A stretch of DNA of 64,000 nt, from positions 18,439 through 82,438 of the IMG/VR virus record IMGVR_UViG_2706796725_000001; one strand, 5' to 3'. The notes beneath the pieces were generated by a model. The model was not told where the DNA came from, did not search any database, and saw only the letters and a program-made list of their open reading frames with translations. Source of the stretch: a virus. Its lineage: Duplodnaviria > Caudoviricetes. Below are positions 37,184 through 46,516 of the stretch, piece after piece; position 1 is the first letter of the stretch; each line of letters opens with the position of its first letter. The position numbers and the translations under genes were made by a program.

Positions 37184-37406
37184 TCGATCTGCCTCCTACA
37201 CCATCTTTCAAATCGTCATCATCGACTTCCCAAACCTCTTGAGGAATACCTTGTGGGAGGTCAGAAATGTTTACAATGGCAAAAGGTTTACCTTCTGGGA
37301 CGTCTTTAACACCCACTTCGAGAATGGAATGATGCTCCAGTGATTCCGATGTAGGAGATAACACTGCTATTTGTCCGTCGTCTTGCTTATAAATTACAAC
37401 CTTCAT
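37173..37406 (-). CDS. Tail fibre assembly-associated protein
   Basis: VAVL.P...KDVPEGKPF.IV...DLP...W...DGVG pattern. Confidence 0.7.
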   Translation of the reverse strand: MKVVIYKQDDGQIAVLSPTSESLEHHSILEVGVKDVPEGKPFAIVNISDLPQGIPQEVWEVDDDDLKDGVGGRSNEF

Positions 37407-37415
37407 ATATTCCTC

Positions 37416-39380
37416 CTACCTGATAACGGTCAAAAGACCCGATCCGTCTCGGAAAGAACTACCATTAGTATCATACATCCTAACCTGTACCGATGACGTG
37501 GATTGACTTTGAACAGCCGCATCAGAAGCTGTTGTACTTGATGGTAGAACCAACCCTGCTGCAACTAGAGTGGTGTATGATGTATCTTGCATGGGAGTTA
37601 TGAAATTAACCGTATAATCCCCTGTACCATTCCTCACAACACTGCTCACATTCCCACTAGCTCTAATCGTAGGAGGTGTAGTTGTCCCATCAAAATTTAC
37701 CCATGCCCTACAAGCATATATCGGTGCATCACCTGTAGCATTTAGCGCGGTTTTGACCTCAGAGCTATTTGCGGTGTTTATCTGTCCGCGTTGCAAGGCT
37801 TCAGAATTATTTGTGGCGGAGGGTATAATGGGGGATTCTGTAAATGTTTTAATTCCACCAACAGTCTGATCCCCTGTCAACAACACAGCATCAGAAACCG
37901 TCCCACCGATCTCAACCCAACCATTTCCATCATATTCTTCAATATATCCGAGCTGAGAATTACGCCGGACCATCCCTTCAGATGGCGTTGCGGGTCTTTG
38001 TGCGGTGTTTCCAACAGGTAATTGCGCTGCACCTGTTGCGGAAGTCTGTCCAACAAACTCATCAGCGTCCCTAGTGACAATATCTCCTAGGTCTGTCTGG
38101 TCTGATACATCACCTTGAATATCTCCCCAACTAACCGTTGTCCCAGAAGGATCACCGAAAATTAATCCATTACCTGAAGGATTAACCTTAACCAGCTTAC
38201 CTTCTTGACCGGAGTAATCGGCAGGTGTATCTATTAATGACAAAAAGCTATTAGGGATATTTTCAAATCGTCCTTCTGTGCTGTTGTAAACTAACGTATC
38301 GCCACTACTAAGAGTCTCCAATTCCACCAACTCATCATCATCAAGATTACTTCCCTGACTTACCCTCACTAACACTGTACCAACTTGGTGATGGCTATTG
38401 ATAACAATGGCTACAAGGGTTTTGGTGGCTGGAGCTTCTGGCTTAACATTTGTCAAAGCACCATTTCCAGCAGGGCTTGCCCATAGAATATCCCCTTCAG
38501 TCCACATGGATGTATTGATGCCCCGCACCTTGCCGAAATGTGTAACATACCCATCAGCACCGTTGGGAATATCTTCTGTAGCTAGCCCCATAATACGCTT
38601 AGATGGAGATGTCCCATCATAAGGAGCTACAAGGATTCGTCCAGAGGCTCCCACTGTACCAACAGCCATGACAAGCATACCATCAGTAATAAGAGAGCCG
38701 GAATTGTTTGTAACTCTGTAGACAGTTTCTTGACCAAGTTGTAGGGTGACGTTACCACCATTAAGCCCTAGATCGAGAGTTCCCTCATCATCATTCCAAG
38801 CAAATTCTCCCTTGGTAACTTCTTTGGTGGTGGTTGTATCAAAGGCTATGTGGTCAAAGGTTTTAGTGCCAGTGATGGACTGATCACCTGTTAGCTTGAC
38901 CACTTCATTATCGTTTGCTTTAAGGTTTATTTGACCTTGTAGGTCTGATACTTCACCTTCTACAAAAGATTGATTTGCTTTAGCATTCAAAGCATTCTGC
39001 AAGTCTGTTTGGTTAGACAAGCTGCCAGAAATCTGTCCCCAAATAGCCGTCTGATCTGTAAGCTGCACATACTCAGCACCAGACCAACGGTACATATAAC
39101 CTGTATCCTCAGCAATATACACTTTCTGAGATTCACCTGTAGGTGGGAAACTTGCAAAGTCTGGGAATACCAATACTTCCTCAAGAACAGATAAGTCAGG
39201 TTTATTGGTTAAGTCATTATAGTCGCCAGATGTGGCAACAGGGGCTAAGGAAGATATGTCAGCCTTTTCACCCAACATATCTGGTATTGCATCAAAATTA
39301 TCATTGATAGCGTCCCCACCAGCTTTAATCGTCTGTGTGGTGGTTGGGCTCGTATCGAGTGGCCTGTTTATGTAGGGCAT
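37416..39380 (-). CDS. Tail fibre / receptor-binding protein
   Basis: INDNF anchor; LAPVATSGDYNDL; WGQISG.L.NQTDL repeats; C-terminal RAWVNFDG..IRASGNVSSV. Confidence 0.85.
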   Translation of the reverse strand: MPYINRPLDTSPTTTQTIKAGGDAINDNFDAIPDMLGEKADISSLAPVATSGDYNDLTNKPDLSVLEEVLVFPDFASFPPTGESQKVYIAEDTGYMYRWSGAEYVQLTDQTAIWGQISGSLSNQTDLQNALNAKANQSFVEGEVSDLQGQINLKANDNEVVKLTGDQSITGTKTFDHIAFDTTTTKEVTKGEFAWNDDEGTLDLGLNGGNVTLQLGQETVYRVTNNSGSLITDGMLVMAVGTVGASGRILVAPYDGTSPSKRIMGLATEDIPNGADGYVTHFGKVRGINTSMWTEGDILWASPAGNGALTNVKPEAPATKTLVAIVINSHHQVGTVLVRVSQGSNLDDDELVELETLSSGDTLVYNSTEGRFENIPNSFLSLIDTPADYSGQEGKLVKVNPSGNGLIFGDPSGTTVSWGDIQGDVSDQTDLGDIVTRDADEFVGQTSATGAAQLPVGNTAQRPATPSEGMVRRNSQLGYIEEYDGNGWVEIGGTVSDAVLLTGDQTVGGIKTFTESPIIPSATNNSEALQRGQINTANSSEVKTALNATGDAPIYACRAWVNFDGTTTPPTIRASGNVSSVVRNGTGDYTVNFITPMQDTSYTTLVAAGLVLPSSTTASDAAVQSQSTSSVQVRMYDTNGSSFRDGSGLLTVIR

Positions 39381-39389
39381 CTAGGTGTT

Positions 39390-39430
39390 CCTCTATTGTC
39401 CTGTTTATATGTTTGGTAGGACAATAGAGG
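39390..39430 (-). promoter_or_regulatory. 13-bp perfect hairpin sequestering the tail-fibre RBS
   Basis: CCTCTATTGTCCT-15 nt-AGGACAATAGAGG; the GAGG is 9 nt before ATG 39380. Confidence 0.8.
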
Positions 39431-39445
39431 GGTGTGGATGGGGGG

Positions 39446-40252
39446 TTAAGTTATATCATCAAAATTTAAGTAGTAAACCTTGGGAGGCGTTATATCATAA
39501 ACGTTAACTGTAGAAAAAATCTGTAACCAGTTTGGGTCTACTGTAGTGGTTATTCCAGACCCCCCGCTATCTATGTATTCGGTCCAGAAATATATGGAAT
39601 TATTTCGTATAAAAGGTATTACCCCTAATGTGTAACCATCTTTAGTGAAATCGTTATCATGTATTGTCCCCCCCATCATATATAATTTATTACTAATACT
39701 GGGTATGGGGACTATGGTCGGATAACCTTGGTAATTACTGGTAATACTCCTTTGAGGATAAAAAACAGTTAGAGAGTCTTCTATGGTTATAACCCTATAG
39801 TTTGTTGAAAAAACAGCATCGCCCATATTATTGAAAACATTTATCCCATAACCAAAATTAACATCAGATTCGGATGGAATCCTTCCAAATATATACAGCT
39901 CAATAGTATTGTACAAGCTGTAGTTACCATAAGTCGAAACCCCAACACTTGTACCATTAAGGTAATCCTCTCCCCGTGCAGATGACACTGATAAAAAAGG
40001 CAACGGTTTGTGGAAAATTAACACATCATCGAAACCTGATAACTCGTCCACGCCTTTAGGGTTTGTCCCCGGTATAATACTTAAAAATCTTCTCCTGCTA
40101 TTAAGAGAACCGACCATTTGAAGGTTGTTCACATTGATATTAGATATGTCCACAACAACTTTAGCTATATAATTAACCATATTTTCATCAGAGGATGATA
40201 GAGAAGTCCTTCCATTACCCTTGGTTAAATTTACACCATACATATTAATCAT
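39446..40252 (-). CDS. Tail-tip-associated hypothetical protein
   Basis: YGVNL..G and YGINVFNNMGDAVFS motifs typical of genes downstream of J-like tail proteins. Confidence 0.65.
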   Translation of the reverse strand: MINMYGVNLTKGNGRTSLSSSDENMVNYIAKVVVDISNINVNNLQMVGSLNSRRRFLSIIPGTNPKGVDELSGFDDVLIFHKPLPFLSVSSARGEDYLNGTSVGVSTYGNYSLYNTIELYIFGRIPSESDVNFGYGINVFNNMGDAVFSTNYRVITIEDSLTVFYPQRSITSNYQGYPTIVPIPSISNKLYMMGGTIHDNDFTKDGYTLGVIPFIRNNSIYFWTEYIDSGGSGITTTVDPNWLQIFSTVNVYDITPPKVYYLNFDDIT

Positions 40253-40548
40253 GAACTCCTTAATATAAGTAACTCTAAGGTTCTACCAATCCCCACATTA
40301 AGTATAGTGGCCGAACTGCCTGAGTAAGTTATCTCAAAACCACCACTTGTCCCTACAAAACCTATTGCTAAAATAGCTGTAGTAAGTATGAAGATTTTAT
40401 CTGCTTGAGGGTCATAAGAAGATAGATCAATAACTAAGTCATTACTTGTGGTTGTGAAAACTTCCCTCCCCACTATTGCATAATTGGTCACTGTCTCCCC
40501 CAACATGACACTACCACTGTCATCAAAAACTTGTAAACCGTAGATCAT
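40249..40548 (-). CDS. Tail-tip-associated hypothetical protein
   Basis: MIYGLQVFDDSG motif. Confidence 0.7.
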   Translation of the reverse strand: MIYGLQVFDDSGSVMLGETVTNYAIVGREVFTTTSNDLVIDLSSYDPQADKIFILTTAILAIGFVGTSGGFEITYSGSSATILNVGIGRTLELLILRSS

Positions 40549-40550
40549 TC

Positions 40551-40952
40551 TTAAACCTTATTTTTTTTAAAACGATAATATTTGATGTTAGGGTTTCCAT
40601 CAAAATCATTGACTCTTCTTACCAGCTGAAAAGCTGGACAAAGGTCAACATAATATTGGAGATACTTAGGGTATAAATGTTTCATTCTTCCTAAATACTT
40701 ACCTCTGTTATAGAAAGAGACTGCTAAAACACACTCCTCTGGAGTGCAAACCTCCATGAAACTATTTATGGTTCTTTCTAATTTGTCTATAGCTTCTAAC
40801 CTACTGTGCGTGGTCGTGTTGGAGTACCCTACATTTTCCTCCTTTGGTAATTTTTGTTTAGAATTCAAATATCTAAATAAGCCGTAACAATCTAGATAAG
40901 GGTAATCCCTACCACACTCTTTAAACCTTATATTTTTTAAATCTTCAGGCAT
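40551..40952 (-). CDS. Degenerate NlpC/P60-like tail protein (second copy)
   Basis: FKECGRDYPYLDCYGL resembles GRD..GLDCWGL of 45160-45570; no HxG motif. Confidence 0.5.
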   Translation of the reverse strand: MPEDLKNIRFKECGRDYPYLDCYGLFRYLNSKQKLPKEENVGYSNTTTHSRLEAIDKLERTINSFMEVCTPEECVLAVSFYNRGKYLGRMKHLYPKYLQYYVDLCPAFQLVRRVNDFDGNPNIKYYRFKKNKV

Positions 40953-43900
40953 TAATCTAACCTCCCCAACCTAACCCTTAAAACATTATTAGCGTCGTAA
41001 ACGTCAATTCTCTCATCTGTTATTTCCAACCTACCACCTGTCGCAGCAGACCTCAAAGAGAAATTTGCATTATCTAAATCTAACTCTACCAGAGGTTTGT
41101 TCTTTGAGTCAACTTGTTGAGACTCAATCTTACCAGCAGTCAGTATCCCCATATTACCAGTAATGGCGCTCAGCTCTGTAACATCAAGTTTATCAGCCGT
41201 CACAGCCCCTGCTACAATCTTTTCAACCGTTACAGCATTAGCATCCAGCTTATCTGTTGTGACAGCATTTGCTCCAATCTTATCGGCTATGACAGCCCCT
41301 GCTGCAATCTTACCAGCAGTGATGGCGTTAGCAAATATTTTGGGTGTAGTAATAGCATCATCCGCAATCTTTGTGGTGGTGATACTGCCATCTTCTATGT
41401 CTGCTATAACGCCTTCCCACGTAGTGCCTGTACTATTGAACAGCTCTCCATGTGGAGCTAAGGATACAATCGCCCCAACAGGGTATAAAGGATTAGGTAA
41501 TTCAGGAAGTTCTGTTACAAGACGTACAGGAAATACTCCACTAGCCACATCGAACTGGTCATAACCTATCTGGTTCAGCAAATCCTGCTTCAAAACGTCT
41601 GCATTCGCAGGAGTGGTAACAGAAGCACTTGCTGAGAAATTACTGGGTGTTCCTGTGACAGAGATGTTCCTAATGAAGTAGTAAAAAGTGTCGCCACCAT
41701 CAACGGCATCTACAAAGTAATTACCAGTTGTATCCCCAACCTTTACAGCATCTCCTATATCATTCGTAAGGCTGCGATATATCTCGGTGAAATCGTGTCC
41801 GAAATATGTTGGTTGATCCCAATTTAACTGAACACTTCTGAACAAACCTGTTGCCACCAATCCTGTAGGTGTGCTGGGAGACAGTATATGCACCTGATTT
41901 GTAACATAATCAGAAATATTACCAGCAATATCCTTAGCCCTTACCCAATAAACATATTCCCCAGCTTCTTCTGAAGCTATTTCAAACAGGGTGGTTTTTA
42001 TTGTGGTCAATAGAATACTATTCTCTAACCCAGTTCCTGTTTGTGGTGTATTCTTACGAACATCGTAATCTTCAATAGGATAGCTGCTAGAAGGTGTTTG
42101 CCAAGTGATTCTGGTTTTATCCCTGATCAGCTCAATATCAAGACTTGTAGGTGTACCAACAACAGGACTACTTACATTGATCTGTGTAGGCGTATTGCTG
42201 TACACACCAAACCGAGTCTTGGCAGAAACATAATACGTCTGACCACCAAGCAAATAACCTACATTGAACACATTACTTGTTGTTCTTGTAACTAACCCAA
42301 CATCATCACTGAAGTTAACATTGGTACGCAGCTCATAATATTGGAAATCGGCATCTGTTGCCTGATCCCATTTAATCAATGTGCCATCAAGAGTATGATC
42401 AAAGCTGACACCAACGATCTGCTGTGCAGGCAATCCTTCTGGAACCTCTACTGTAGAAATCGCCGTGAAGGGGCTAAATAGCCTGTTAGAGCCGATTGTT
42501 CTGGCTCTTAGCTCATAGGTATCTCCTCTCGTAACATCGCTCACAACGAATTGTGAGGCGTTCTGAGGCACTTCATAATCAACCCAATCTAATGTTATCT
42601 CTGGGTCATCGCTTACACGTCTAACTTGTAACTGATAACCTGTAACCTCATTAATATCAGGAACAGCACCAATACTCACGTACATCAGCCCACGGGCAAT
42701 ATCAAATCCAGCCAAACCTACTTGGAACTCAGGTGGTGTTGGAACTTTATAATCAGGACGTTCTGTTAATCCCGATTCAAACTCGGGGATAAAATCGTCA
42801 TCAAGTTCAAAGATTTCATTGGCTGCATTGATTAAGGTAAGAACACATACCAAGTCATTTTGGTATTCAATGTTATCAACGATGCAGTCAAGTGTTTCTC
42901 TACCAGCTTCTCCGTAGACGATTAAGTCCCCAACATCTGCACATACAGGAATTGGGTCAGATGTTCCCCATGTGTTATCACCTAAGTATGTAGCTGTAAT
43001 AGTGGAAATGGTTCCATTGGAGCAGCGAATCTGGAAACCATATACCACAACATCGTCGCCATTATTCCAAAAAACTTCATCACTATTAAATAGTATAGTT
43101 GAGTTGTTCCAAAACACAGTCTCTGCGATTTCTGAAGGCAACCCTTCCATCTCATCTATAACTATTTGATTCCCTGTAATAGCCTTAATACGACCACTAC
43201 CTAATCCAACATCAATCACGTCATTTTGAATACGTACAAGATCACCACGTGTGGCACGTAAACCTTCGAAGTCTGTCGTCAGCTTATACACTTCACGTCT
43301 TAGCTTGGTTTCATAGTAACCAAACCGTGAATGTTTGTAGGCTAAATCTCTATCAGCAACGCCCCAGAAATCTACACCTGTAAATCGTCCCCTACGTTCA
43401 TTTGTAGGGATTGTCAGGTCATAGAATATATCCTCGTCTTTTTGGTAATCTTTCTCTCGGTTATCAAACTGAAATTTTATTCCGTCTGTTACTTCTGGAT
43501 AAGTTCTTGCGGAAGAGAAGTCTCGGCTGTTCTTTGGTGTAAATATTTGAACAGGTGTATACCGTGCAATCTTTTCAACCACACCATACCTACCATCAAT
43601 AAACCCAAACTCAGCACGTCCTGTAAATGCAACTTGCCCCAACTCTTTCAATAAAGTTGATTCATAATCAATAAGGCTAGAAATCTTCCAACCATCTTGA
43701 ATGTTTCGATTCCGCCATACAAGCATACCCTCAAGATCTAGTCTGGCATTACGTAATGGGGAAGCATTCATTGGACCTTGCAGCAGCCAACGATATGCAT
43801 CAGCAGGATTCTCTGATGGAGTTAGAGTTTTATTCGTCCAGTCTCTCCAATCAACATTCCAATCAGACGGAACACACATTGTCGCATCAACGTTCAGGTT

Positions 43901-45148
43901 ATCAATAATACCATTAAGCTGATCTGTTGCCTTAATCTCTAAAGCAATGATAACGGGACGGAATACTTTAACAGGCTGTCCATCAATATATCTTGGTGGA
44001 ACTTTATCACCAATGAGATTGAGGAACTGTTGTTCAGATGTATTTCGGATAGAACGTAGTACGCTCCACTCTACACTATCTTGCAGCTTGGTGTCATCAG
44101 GGGTGTCTTGAGGGCTTACCTTACGTGATCGAACATTGATAGCTTGTGATACATTAGGGACTTCATAAGTAATGTTGCTTCTACGCTGTCTGGCAGTTGA
44201 TCCAGAACGTACAACAGAGTTAACCAGACCCGTATAACCTTTGATATAACTCACACCATCAACCGTCTTGAATACAAACGGTAGGGCTGCTGAAGGTACG
44301 TTTCCTGAGTGTGCAACAATAACCCATTCATTATCAGTTGGGTCTTGGTATTCGTGCATCACTGCAACCGTCCTAGATTGCTCTCTGCCAGTACTTTCGT
44401 TAATACGGTATATTCCCCTAGGATAGAAGAAATCTACGCTTACACGGTCAATTTGGGCGACTGTAGCCCTGTTTACGATGGTACGTGTGCCTTCAAAGGC
44501 TAGGGGAACGTTAACAGTCTCCTGAACAATATCAGCAGGCCAAATCTGACGTAACGCTGAGAGACTTGTATTCTGGTAATGATCCACAATCGCCATACGG
44601 TGTTCGTAGTTGGTAATAGGGGCATCACCAATTCGGATGTTCTCAATCTGCATAGGACCATAGCCTACGCACAACAACATCTTAAACCACTCATCTTCAC
44701 CACGTATCTCTGTATAGGGTGTTGCTTGATATGCAGGAACAACCTGCCGCTTGCCTAATACAACAGGAATAACATCATAGGCTCTAGCCTCATTACGTGC
44801 GCCACGAATACGTGAAAGTTGTTTATTCTCGCCCACTTCTGGACGGGTGAAGTCAGGAATACTTGGCTTGAATAAGAGGAAGCCTGCCACAAAAGAAATA
44901 GCAGCAGTGACTAATGCCCATACAGGCACAACAGCCCCTTGAGGAGTCAAGCAGACATGAACCACATCTTTGTTAGTAGGTTTGTAGGAAAGGTCTTTAA
45001 CCATGTTCCCATTCACCCACACCTGCATCTTATCATGATGAAGCGGGTGGACAAGTTCATCTGCAACTTCTTGTAGAGTAATGCCTTGCTGAACTTTATA
45101 TAGATCGGGGGACATTATCGGGGCTTTCTGATAAACCACCGAAAACAT
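40952..45148 (-). CDS. Central tail fibre / tail tip protein (lambda J-like) with FN3 repeats
   Basis: ~1400 aa; N-terminal IPVVLG; FN3-like repeats; C-terminal RVRLGRL. Confidence 0.88.
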   Translation of the reverse strand: MFSVVYQKAPIMSPDLYKVQQGITLQEVADELVHPLHHDKMQVWVNGNMVKDLSYKPTNKDVVHVCLTPQGAVVPVWALVTAAISFVAGFLLFKPSIPDFTRPEVGENKQLSRIRGARNEARAYDVIPVVLGKRQVVPAYQATPYTEIRGEDEWFKMLLCVGYGPMQIENIRIGDAPITNYEHRMAIVDHYQNTSLSALRQIWPADIVQETVNVPLAFEGTRTIVNRATVAQIDRVSVDFFYPRGIYRINESTGREQSRTVAVMHEYQDPTDNEWVIVAHSGNVPSAALPFVFKTVDGVSYIKGYTGLVNSVVRSGSTARQRRSNITYEVPNVSQAINVRSRKVSPQDTPDDTKLQDSVEWSVLRSIRNTSEQQFLNLIGDKVPPRYIDGQPVKVFRPVIIALEIKATDQLNGIIDNLNVDATMCVPSDWNVDWRDWTNKTLTPSENPADAYRWLLQGPMNASPLRNARLDLEGMLVWRNRNIQDGWKISSLIDYESTLLKELGQVAFTGRAEFGFIDGRYGVVEKIARYTPVQIFTPKNSRDFSSARTYPEVTDGIKFQFDNREKDYQKDEDIFYDLTIPTNERRGRFTGVDFWGVADRDLAYKHSRFGYYETKLRREVYKLTTDFEGLRATRGDLVRIQNDVIDVGLGSGRIKAITGNQIVIDEMEGLPSEIAETVFWNNSTILFNSDEVFWNNGDDVVVYGFQIRCSNGTISTITATYLGDNTWGTSDPIPVCADVGDLIVYGEAGRETLDCIVDNIEYQNDLVCVLTLINAANEIFELDDDFIPEFESGLTERPDYKVPTPPEFQVGLAGFDIARGLMYVSIGAVPDINEVTGYQLQVRRVSDDPEITLDWVDYEVPQNASQFVVSDVTRGDTYELRARTIGSNRLFSPFTAISTVEVPEGLPAQQIVGVSFDHTLDGTLIKWDQATDADFQYYELRTNVNFSDDVGLVTRTTSNVFNVGYLLGGQTYYVSAKTRFGVYSNTPTQINVSSPVVGTPTSLDIELIRDKTRITWQTPSSSYPIEDYDVRKNTPQTGTGLENSILLTTIKTTLFEIASEEAGEYVYWVRAKDIAGNISDYVTNQVHILSPSTPTGLVATGLFRSVQLNWDQPTYFGHDFTEIYRSLTNDIGDAVKVGDTTGNYFVDAVDGGDTFYYFIRNISVTGTPSNFSASASVTTPANADVLKQDLLNQIGYDQFDVASGVFPVRLVTELPELPNPLYPVGAIVSLAPHGELFNSTGTTWEGVIADIEDGSITTTKIADDAITTPKIFANAITAGKIAAGAVIADKIGANAVTTDKLDANAVTVEKIVAGAVTADKLDVTELSAITGNMGILTAGKIESQQVDSKNKPLVELDLDNANFSLRSAATGGRLEITDERIDVYDANNVLRVRLGRLD

Positions 45149-45159
45149 ATCAACACCTG

Positions 45160-45570
45160 CTACTTCATGTTCTTGTGACGGTAGAAGCCTTGTAATCTGC
45201 TTTTCCATTTCATCCCCTTATAATTCTCAATAGAACAACCTGCTTTATCATCCATGTGAATAAACTGGTTGTCTGCTAAAACAATTCCTACGTGTATCGG
45301 ATGACCTGCTATTGTAAATAAGGCTATGTCACCTTTTCTTGGATCATCTACTTCAATAAAATCTGTATCTTTATCTTTCTCTAATTCAAATTGTGTTGAA
45401 CATTCTTTATAACTGTTTTTTGTAGTTATTCCTGTAAAGGGTGGTAAGGTTATGTTGAATTTATCCTCATAAATCTTTCTAACCAATCCCCAACAATCTA
45501 AGCCACCATCTTTCCTAACATCCCTTCCACCTGTTTTCCAAGGGATTCCTATATAACCAATTACATCCAT
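45160..45570 (-). CDS. NlpC/P60 tail assembly protein (lambda K-like)
   Basis: YIGIPW..GGR...LDCWGL...HVGI...FIH. Confidence 0.88.
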   Translation of the reverse strand: MDVIGYIGIPWKTGGRDVRKDGGLDCWGLVRKIYEDKFNITLPPFTGITTKNSYKECSTQFELEKDKDTDFIEVDDPRKGDIALFTIAGHPIHVGIVLADNQFIHMDDKAGCSIENYKGMKWKSRLQGFYRHKNMK

Positions 45571-45581
45571 ATAATACTCCG

Positions 45582-46070
45582 TTATGCCGGAATGTTAGCG
45601 AACAAACCTGGGGCTGACGTTGGAGTCCACTTCAAAGATGGGATAGGCTCATTCAGAACAGGCTCTACGGTTAATCTCATGGAGACAGAAGAGTCTTTAA
45701 AATCAAAACTCTCAAGCTGATATTCGACAGGCCCGATCTCAACAATATCTGGTGTTTCCCCAATAACCACTTCCAAAGTAATGTCAGGTGATCTGTCATT
45801 CTCGCGTAACTCACGTATAATCTGCCTATCGCCTGAATCAAACTCAAGGTTTACAGTGGGAATGTTTTCACTGTTATCACTTCCAAGGTTTAATCTGAAA
45901 GAAGCCTTCTGGAACAGATTTCCCCTACTGATTAGATCAACATACTGATCACAAAATCTGTATATTTGTGTAGTACCATTGTTTCGATACATGGTTACAG
46001 TGAGTAGGTGTACGAATGTGTATCCTGTCTCTTGGGCATACAGAATATCTGTTGATAAATTCTCCCTCAT
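45582..46070 (-). CDS. Tail protein, DUF1833-like
   Basis: LLTV...RF..Q..DL.SRG..F; PDIVEIGP; position after the distal tail gene. Confidence 0.75.
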   Translation of the reverse strand: MRENLSTDILYAQETGYTFVHLLTVTMYRNNGTTQIYRFCDQYVDLISRGNLFQKASFRLNLGSDNSENIPTVNLEFDSGDRQIIRELRENDRSPDITLEVVIGETPDIVEIGPVEYQLESFDFKDSSVSMRLTVEPVLNEPIPSLKWTPTSAPGLFANIPA

Positions 46071-46420
46071 GGCATAATCTCCAACTGGCATGTAACTCTT
46101 GTCAGGAATGGGCCTGCTGGGTCTTCTGAATAAGGTGAACGGAAACGATACTCCTTCTCCTGTCCATCTGAAGGGTCTTTCTTGATAAACCGTTCAGCGC
46201 CACGTTTAATCTCATCCTCGAAGAACACCCTGAATGCAGCAAGCTGTTGTGCATCCATCATAAATATTTCTGTGGTGTTTTCAGGAACAGCAAGGAATCT
46301 GTTTCTAATCTTTCTTGCCCCAGCATCTACTGTGGAGATTAATCTACTCTCAACAGGTGATCGACTATACCCTTCAATCAAAGGACTTTGTGGTAAAGTT
46401 TCAGGCCATATTGCAATCAT
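46067..46420 (-). CDS. Distal tail protein
   Basis: WPETLP...GY...DAG..K.R.R pattern immediately after the TMP gene. Confidence 0.75.
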   Translation of the reverse strand: MIAIWPETLPQSPLIEGYSRSPVESRLISTVDAGARKIRNRFLAVPENTTEIFMMDAQQLAAFRVFFEDEIKRGAERFIKKDPSDGQEKEYRFRSPYSEDPAGPFLTRVTCQLEIMP

Positions 46421-46468
46421 TAGGTATTCCTCTCTAAAATCGTATATCATTCTCAGACACCCAGACAT

Positions 46469-46495
46469 AGAAAAGCCCCAATTAAGGGGCTTGTT
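46469..46495 (-). terminator. Terminator (GCCCC-N6-GGGGC family)
   Basis: AAGCCCCTTAATTGGGGCTTTT after the TMP gene. Confidence 0.85.
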
Positions 46496-46516
46496 TGTTG
46501 AGAGTAATTTCAGAGA

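Noticed and set aside
37416-39380. Diversity-generating retroelement or invertase switching of the tail fibre
   Set aside because: No reverse transcriptase, template repeat, invertase or inverted crossover sites were seen in the window.
43061-43125. Short VFWNN tandem repeat inside the J-like protein
   Set aside because: Only two copies of a 5-residue motif; most likely a small local duplication in a loop, with no further support.
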